A stretch of DNA of 64,000 nucleotides, taken from positions 66,177 through 130,176 of the forward strand of contig CAZFYQ010000002.1 of assembly GCA_964523905.1 (NCBI GenBank). The letters are read 5' to 3'. Source of the stretch: an uncultured Gammaproteobacteria bacterium. Lineage in GTDB: Bacteria > Patescibacteriota > Microgenomatia > Daviesbacterales > UBA10151. How positions within the stretch are numbered: position 1 is the stretch's first letter; each line of letters starts with the position of its first letter. Positions 58,522 through 64,000 of this stretch are shown one piece after another. Position numbers and translations under genes: made by a program. Below the pieces are notes generated by a model, which was not told the DNA's origin, did not search any database, and saw only the letters and a list, made by a program, of their open reading frames with translations.

Positions 58522-59649
58522 TTACTGTGCTTTTAATAGCCCCTTGGCTTTTAATTGTTCAGATGCTTTTTCAAATAGATCTTCAGCTTTTTCTTTCTCG
58601 CTCCAGGTAATTAAATCTTTCATTCCTTCTGTAAAACTCCATTTAGGAGACCAGCCCAAGGTTCTCTTAATTAAAGATATATCAGAGCTGCAGTGTCTGA
58701 CATCACCGGACCTGAATTTTCCGGTAATTTCTGGGCTAATATTTTTCTTGAGTAACTTTGCCAAGATTTCTGCAATTTCCTTGATGGTAATTGCTTTGCC
58801 CGCTCCTAAATTAAAGATTTGCCCAAAAGCTTTTTCATTTTCCAAAGCTGCAATATTAGCATCTGCAATGTCATAGACTGAAACAAAATCACGAGTTTGT
58901 AATCCATCTTCATAAACCACTGGTTGGTGATCATTTTTCAATCTACTTAAGAAAATAGCAGCGACCCCGGTGTATGGATTAGAAAGAGATTGACGCGGCC
59001 CATAAACATTAAAATATCGAAAAGCTGTGGCAGCAGTTCCATAGGCTTTTCCAAAAATCATTACCATATCTTCCTGAGATTGTTTTGTAACAGCATATAT
59101 AGAATTGGATCTAAATGGTTGATCCTCGGAAATTCCTACAGGTGTAAGTAAGCGATGACAATTAGGACAAAATAGTTCCCACTTTTTTCCAGACATTTGC
59201 TGATCATCTCGAAGATTTGGTCTGACTAAACCGCATTTTGGACAATTATATAGTCCTTCACCATAGGCACTCATGGAAGAGGCGACAATAATTCGTTTTA
59301 CAGAAGTTTTATTATTTGCTAGGTAATCTAGCAGCTTAGCTGTTCCTAAAGTATTGTTATATACATATTTTTCTATCTCATACATGCTTTGACCGACTCC
59401 TACCACTGCTGCCTCATGATAAATAGCATCCATACCAACGATTGCTTTTTTCAAATCACTAAAATTAGTGACGTCTCCTTTAATAAACTCAGCTTTTTTG
59501 TTTAGATATACTGGTTTTCCATTTTGATGAACTTGATCTGTTAAATTATCTAAAATTCTGACTTGGTATTTTTTTGTAATTAACCTATCTACTAAATGAG
59601 AACCAATAAATCCGGCCCCGCCTGTAACTAAAACCTTTTTAATCTTCAT
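58522..59649 (-). CDS. NAD-dependent NDP-sugar epimerase/dehydratase with CxxC-CxxC insertion
   Basis: TGGAGFIGSHL, AA.VGVGQSMY, ASSMS.YGEG, CPKC...CPNC, YAVTK, NVYGPRQ.LSNPYTGV, R.GDVRH. Confidence 0.88.
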   Translation of the reverse strand: MKIKKVLVTGGAGFIGSHLVDRLITKKYQVRILDNLTDQVHQNGKPVYLNKKAEFIKGDVTNFSDLKKAIVGMDAIYHEAAVVGVGQSMYEIEKYVYNNTLGTAKLLDYLANNKTSVKRIIVASSMSAYGEGLYNCPKCGLVRPNLRDDQQMSGKKWELFCPNCHRLLTPVGISEDQPFRSNSIYAVTKQSQEDMVMIFGKAYGTAATAFRYFNVYGPRQSLSNPYTGVAAIFLSRLKNDHQPVVYEDGLQTRDFVSVYDIADANIAALENEKAFGQIFNLGAGKAITIKEIAEILAKLLKKNISPEITGKFRSGDVRHCSSDISLIKRTLGWSPKWSFTEGMKDLITWSEKEKAEDLFEKASEQLKAKGLLKAQ

Positions 59650-59672
59650 ATTTCGCTATTTTATCATATCAA

Positions 59673-60458
59673 TTAACTTGGATTATAATAGCCAGCGGCG
59701 GCTTTTATTTGTGCTGATAAGAAGCCTAGATTACCCTTGAAAAAACTAATTTTAGTGTGAACTTTGCCTGGAGCGTATCTTCTTTCAACTGGGATTTCCT
59801 TTGTTTTTAATCCCAATTGGTTAGCCCTAACTGTTAGGTACATGTTTAATTCATAACTGGTAAAGATATTACGAAAAGGTTTTACTTTAGGGTGAGTTAA
59901 ATATTTGACACTATATCCTCTAAAACCATTGGTTACATCTGTATACCAATACATTGCTCCGATAGATAAAATTGGTGCAGCAAGTAACCTAACAGCGAAG
60001 AATCTCATCGGAGGAGTATTAATGGCCCTGCCGCCTTTTACAAACCGTGATCCTTGTACATAATCATAACTTTCGTCTAATGCCTTAATGAAATCAGGAA
60101 TAGCTTCAACACCATCTTTGTTATTACCATCAATTTGGATGATTCCTTTATAACCTTGGGATAAAGCATAAGAAAAAGCCATTCTAAGTTGGGTGCCCTG
60201 TTTACCTTTAGTGACCAGTGTCAAAAGAGTTCTGACATTCATCTGTTTAAGAAACTTGGGATTGGTTGATTCATCAGTTGATCCCCAATCAGCAATAATG
60301 ATGTCTGCCAATTTAGAAAAGGGAAGCATTCTTTTTAATTGGGTTTTAATTTTTTCACCTTCATTTAATACCGGAATACAAATACAGTATTTAGCTGTTT
60401 TTTTTCTAAATTCTTGTTTTTTATAATCAGGAATTTGCCAACCGCTTTTTTTAGTCAT
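59673..60458 (-). CDS. GT2 polyprenol-monophosphosugar synthase-like
   Basis: IPVLNEG, D.GSTD, IDGNNKD, QGSRF..GG, TDVTNGFR.YS, EIPV.R.Y. Confidence 0.85.
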   Translation of the reverse strand: MTKKSGWQIPDYKKQEFRKKTAKYCICIPVLNEGEKIKTQLKRMLPFSKLADIIIADWGSTDESTNPKFLKQMNVRTLLTLVTKGKQGTQLRMAFSYALSQGYKGIIQIDGNNKDGVEAIPDFIKALDESYDYVQGSRFVKGGRAINTPPMRFFAVRLLAAPILSIGAMYWYTDVTNGFRGYSVKYLTHPKVKPFRNIFTSYELNMYLTVRANQLGLKTKEIPVERRYAPGKVHTKISFFKGNLGFLSAQIKAAAGYYNPS

Positions 60459-60467
60459 GCGTTGGAT

Positions 60468-60477
60468 ATGATATCAT
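60468..60477. promoter_or_regulatory. Palindromic bidirectional extended -10 (ATGATATCAT)
   Basis: The perfect palindrome reads TGATATCAT on both strands, 8 nt before ATG 60486 and 9 nt before ATG 60458. Confidence 0.6.
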
Positions 60478-60485
60478 TCTAGAAT

Positions 60486-61316
60486 ATGAAAAAGAAAGGT
60501 TTGGTTTCAGTAATTATCACTACCAAAAATGAAGCCACAGTTATCGGAACTCTTTTGCAAAGTATTCATCAGCAAACCTACCCTAAAATAGAAACTATTT
60601 TAGTTGATAATAATTCAACAGATAACACAAAAAAAATTGCTGAGCAAAATAAAACAGTGAAGATTTACTCTGTTGGTCCAGAAAGATCAGCTCAAAGAAA
60701 TTTTGGAGCCAAAAATTCTTCTGGAGATTTTCTATTTTTTCTTGATGCTGATATGGAATTAACATCAAAAGTAATAGCAGTTTGTGTTCAAAAGATAGCC
60801 AAGGAAAATATTGCTGGAGTGGTGGTGCCTGAGGAATCTAAATGGACTAACTTTTGGGGACAGGTAAAAGCATTTGAACGATCATTTTATAGTGAGAAAG
60901 GAGATCCAATTACTGATGCCGCTAGGTTTTTTTCTAAAAAAGTATTTAATAAGGTAGGTGGATACGATGAATCCATTACCGGACCGGAGGATTGGGACTT
61001 ACCAGATAGAATTAGAGAACAGGGTTATAAAATAGATAGAATTACAGAAAAAATTTATCATCATGAACAAGAATTATCTCTTGGAAGATTGTTTAAGAAA
61101 AAATTTTATTATGGCCTTAATGCGCATAGATATTTATCAAAGCACAAAATTGGAGTCCTTAGCCCAAAAACAATTTATTTTTTAAGACCCCTTTTTTACA
61201 AAAACTGGACTAAGCTAATTATTCATCCACTGCTTTCTTTGGCGATGATCTATATGCTTTCAGTAGAATTAATTGGTGGCGGATTAGGATACATTATCGG
61301 AAGGTTTAATAAGTGA
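60486..61316 (+). CDS. GT2 glycosyltransferase
   Basis: VSVIITTKNE, VDN.STD.T, ERSAQRNFG, FLDADM, GGYDE...GPEDWD. Confidence 0.9.
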   Translation: MKKKGLVSVIITTKNEATVIGTLLQSIHQQTYPKIETILVDNNSTDNTKKIAEQNKTVKIYSVGPERSAQRNFGAKNSSGDFLFFLDADMELTSKVIAVCVQKIAKENIAGVVVPEESKWTNFWGQVKAFERSFYSEKGDPITDAARFFSKKVFNKVGGYDESITGPEDWDLPDRIREQGYKIDRITEKIYHHEQELSLGRLFKKKFYYGLNAHRYLSKHKIGVLSPKTIYFLRPLFYKNWTKLIIHPLLSLAMIYMLSVELIGGGLGYIIGRFNK

Positions 61317-62422
61317 AAGTTTTACAACTAACTGTACATTTTTCACCCAACGTAGGCGGAGTGGAGACTCACTTATCAGATTTAGTAAAGTTTTTAGTGA
61401 AACAAAATATACAGGTATTTGTACTTTGTTACCAGCCTCTTTCCGTAAAGGTTGGATGGAAGATGTATGAAAAAGAAACAGCACTGGAAATTTTCCGTAT
61501 TCCCTGGATTGCCGGTTTATTTTACAAGTTAATCAAAAGTCCGATACTGGAATTTATTTACTTAGTCCCGGGTTTGTTCATAATTACTCCTTTGATACTG
61601 GTTATTAAAAATCCTAAGATTATACATGCCCACGGAATAGTAGCAGGCTTTGTAGCTGTATTTTGGGGAAAATTATTTAACAAAAGGATAATTATTTCTA
61701 CACACAGCATTTATTCATTCCCAAAAAGCGGTTTGTATCATGACTTTGCCAGATTTATTTTTGTCGGAGCAGATCAAGTACTTTGTTTATCTAATCAGTC
61801 TAAAAATGAATTAATTAAGCTCATTAGTGTAAGTAAGCTTAAAACATTTACATACTGGATTGATTTGAATAAATTCACCAGACAAAAAGAAAGCAGTTTT
61901 AAATTTAAGGAAAAGTTTGTGGTCTTATTTGTAGGAAGACTTATTTTAGAAAAAGGATTGGATGTATTACTGGATTCGGTAAAATCCTGGAATAAAAATA
62001 TCGGATTGGTGATAGCAGGAACAGGACCATTGGAAAATTTGGTAAAAAAACAATCCAGTGAAAATTTCCAAATTCATTTTCAAGGAAAAGTAGATCAAAG
62101 CAATTTGCCGGATTTATATAATAGCGTCAATCTTTTAATTGTTCCATCTACTACAGAAGAAGGTTTTGGTAGGGTGATAATTGAGTCACTTGCATGCGGA
62201 ACCCCGGTAGTAGCTGCTAATAGGGGAGCTATTACGGAAGCGATGGATAGTAGTGTAGGTAGATTAATAGACATCTCTCCCCAAAGCATCAAAAATGCAG
62301 TTGAGGATTTATATAATCATCCGGCAAAACTGAATTTAATGGCAAAAAATGCCAGAAGCTTTGCGGAGAGGAGGTATTCGGAGAAAAATGGACAAACAAT
62401 TATCAACTCCTACAAGGATTAA
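61313..62422 (+). CDS. GT4 glycosyltransferase
   Basis: P.VGGVETH, IHAH, LFVGRL..EKG, EGFGRVIIESLACGTPVV; GTG start. Confidence 0.92.
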   Translation: MKVLQLTVHFSPNVGGVETHLSDLVKFLVKQNIQVFVLCYQPLSVKVGWKMYEKETALEIFRIPWIAGLFYKLIKSPILEFIYLVPGLFIITPLILVIKNPKIIHAHGIVAGFVAVFWGKLFNKRIIISTHSIYSFPKSGLYHDFARFIFVGADQVLCLSNQSKNELIKLISVSKLKTFTYWIDLNKFTRQKESSFKFKEKFVVLFVGRLILEKGLDVLLDSVKSWNKNIGLVIAGTGPLENLVKKQSSENFQIHFQGKVDQSNLPDLYNSVNLLIVPSTTEEGFGRVIIESLACGTPVVAANRGAITEAMDSSVGRLIDISPQSIKNAVEDLYNHPAKLNLMAKNARSFAERRYSEKNGQTIINSYKD

Positions 62423-63227
62423 ACTAGATCGATTACTTGATAATGCAGGCGATATGGCTTTAAAAAGAAGAGCAAGACGAATTATTGAGGCTATTAATCC
62501 CCAAACTAATGAACAGATTATGGATTTGGGTTGTGGCACTGGGTATTATCTTTTTCTATTATCCAGTTTACCAGTTAAACTTCAGTTAACAGGTTTGGAT
62601 AATGATAAGAAAGCTTTAGTTGAAGGAAAAGAGTCTCTTAAAGGACGGGGTATAAAATTTGTCTTGAATGATTCACGTAAATTACCCTTCCCTAAAAGCA
62701 GTTTCGATAAAATTGTAGCCTCTGAAGTATTAGAGCATGTTGAAAATGATGAACAAGTCCTAAAAGAAATTTATCGAGTATTAAAACCAGGTGGTAGATT
62801 GGTGATCTCTGTTCCGTCAATCAATTATCCATTTTTCTGGGATCCCATTAATTGGACTTTGCAACATTTATTTAATACACATATTAAAACCGGTTTTTTT
62901 TCCGGGTTATGGTATGGACATTTAAGATTATATCAAAAAGAAAACCTCAGAAAAAAATTTATCAAAGCCGGGTTTAAAGTAGCAAATTGTGAGGAATTAA
63001 CTTTCTGGTGTTTACCATTTAATCACTATCTAATTAATTTAGTAGCAAGGCTTTTATATGATGTTAAAATCTCTCCTAAAATTGCTGATAGTCTATCAAA
63101 ATTTAAAGAAACTAAGAAGCCCCTTTTTATAAGGTTAGCTTTTGGTTTAATTAATACAGTTGATAGTCTAAACGAACTATTTCCTCAAGGTAGTGGAGTA
63201 AATGTATTTGTTGTAGGGGATAAATAG
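62388..63227 (+). CDS. Class I SAM-dependent methyltransferase (Methyltransf_11-like)
   Basis: MDLGCGTG, LPF...SFD.I..SEVLEHV, RVLKPGG.LVISVP, GH.R.Y; likely start ATG 62388. Confidence 0.9.
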   Translation: MDKQLSTPTRIKLDRLLDNAGDMALKRRARRIIEAINPQTNEQIMDLGCGTGYYLFLLSSLPVKLQLTGLDNDKKALVEGKESLKGRGIKFVLNDSRKLPFPKSSFDKIVASEVLEHVENDEQVLKEIYRVLKPGGRLVISVPSINYPFFWDPINWTLQHLFNTHIKTGFFSGLWYGHLRLYQKENLRKKFIKAGFKVANCEELTFWCLPFNHYLINLVARLLYDVKISPKIADSLSKFKETKKPLFIRLAFGLINTVDSLNELFPQGSGVNVFVVGDK

Positions 63228-63229
63228 CC

Positions 63230-63955
63230 TTATTTATATAAGCCTTTGATCTCATTTAACTTTATTTTCACTAGTTCTGTAAGTGAATAAATAATCGCAT
63301 CCGGAAATTTTACTTTTGTTCCCAGATCATTCCTCCATTCTACAGGAATTTCCTTAATGGAATGTTTTTTTATCTTACCAATATATAAGATTTCAGAATC
63401 AAATCCCCATCTGCCAATTTGTTGCCTGCTAAAGATTTCTTCCGCGGCTTTATCGGAAAAACATTTAAAGCCACAGGTAAAATCAGAAATGTCCATTTGT
63501 AATATTGTCTGAGACATTTTAGTAAACATTTTTCCAAGAGCCTCACGAACTATTGGTTGCCTAATGATTATTTTAGAATTTTTCATCTTGCGGGACCCAA
63601 TAATAATTGGATATTTTTTAAAGTGGGGTAGTAATTTATTAAACTCAGTTATTGGGGTAGATAGATCAACATCCAGAAAAAAACGATACTTACCTTTAGC
63701 ACTGAGCATTCCTTGTTTTATTGCCGCCCCTTTACCGCGATTAGGAGCATAGGAAACTAGTTTAAATTTTAATTTCTTTTGTAAACTATTAAGAAGTTTT
63801 AAAGTCTTATCAGTTGAACCATCGTTAATGATAATTACTTCCCAGCTAAATTTTTGCTTCTTAAAGAAATCGATTATTGAATTAATATTACCTAATCTTT
63901 TCTGCTCATTAAAAACTGGAATAATTACTGATAAATACGGATTTTGTTTTTTCAT
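63230..63955 (-). CDS. GT2, ALG5/dolichyl-phosphate beta-glucosyltransferase-like
   Basis: LSVIIPVFNE..RL, NDGSTD, NRGKG.AIK.G, F.D.DLSTP, IGSR, D..CGFK.F, WGFD.E.L, EIPV.W. Confidence 0.9.
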   Translation of the reverse strand: MKKQNPYLSVIIPVFNEQKRLGNINSIIDFFKKQKFSWEVIIINDGSTDKTLKLLNSLQKKLKFKLVSYAPNRGKGAAIKQGMLSAKGKYRFFLDVDLSTPITEFNKLLPHFKKYPIIIGSRKMKNSKIIIRQPIVREALGKMFTKMSQTILQMDISDFTCGFKCFSDKAAEEIFSRQQIGRWGFDSEILYIGKIKKHSIKEIPVEWRNDLGTKVKFPDAIIYSLTELVKIKLNEIKGLYK

Positions 63956-64000
63956 TGCTTTATCTTTTTTGCAATTGTTACCAAAGATGTTCCTATAGGA
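63952..64000 (-). CDS. C-terminus of an upstream gene (possibly a methyltransferase), truncated by window edge
   Basis: Reads ...PIGTSLVTIAKKIKQ-TGA with an ATGA overlap onto 63955; P.G.S....A.K resembles glycan-locus methyltransferase ends. Confidence 0.5.
   Translation of the reverse strand, partial: PIGTSLVTIAKKIKQ

Noticed and set aside
590-63752. Many short opposite-strand or alternate-frame ORFs in the track (e.g. 590-856, 3856-4188, 4608-5174, 6372-6836, 7910-8155, 21984-22403, 53533-53931)
   Set aside because: They are shadows of well-supported genes and have no motifs or independent start signals.
1-64000. Alternative genetic code (TGA=Gly, as in Gracilibacteria/Absconditabacteria)
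   Set aside because: ORFs are full length under code 11, and TGA ends genes in ATGA overlaps (e.g. 9195-9198, 48706-48709).

Overview
This is a gene-dense, AT-rich bacterial window read in genetic code 11 (TGA acts as stop, often in ATGA overlaps). Miniature tsaB, a CAP protein, ftsEX with coiled-coil peptidases and a large GT-C expansion suggest Patescibacteria/CPR, probably Microgenomates; this is an inference. Positions 1-9.3 kb hold housekeeping and cell-division genes: tsaE (partial), an Fn3-like Thr/Pro-rich membrane protein, two paralogous coiled-coil peptidases (a circularly permuted M23 and a C39-like), ftsX, ftsE, prfB without a frameshift, tsaB and a CAP protein. Positions 9.35-64 kb are one continuous glycosylation locus of about 55 kb that runs off the right edge. 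It has rmlA/B/C, gmd, a plant-type GDP-mannose 3,5-epimerase and two more NDP-sugar SDRs. It also has about 19 multi-pass GT-C-type glycosyltransferases (one frameshifted, two fused), 10 GT2 domains (six of polyprenyl-phosphate sugar synthase type), four GT4s, two Wzx-type flippases, a GtrA domain, a cyclase/formamidase and methyltransferases. Non-coding signals include a recurring -10 box 6-9 nt upstream of start codons (leaderless transcription), REP/RPE-like palindromes (one apparently inserted in-frame in tsaB), heptamer repeats encoding signal peptides, and a structured IS200/IS605-end-like element with a possible pseudoknot at about 13 kb. I saw no rRNA, tRNA, CRISPR or transposase. All family calls come from motif recognition, not database searches.
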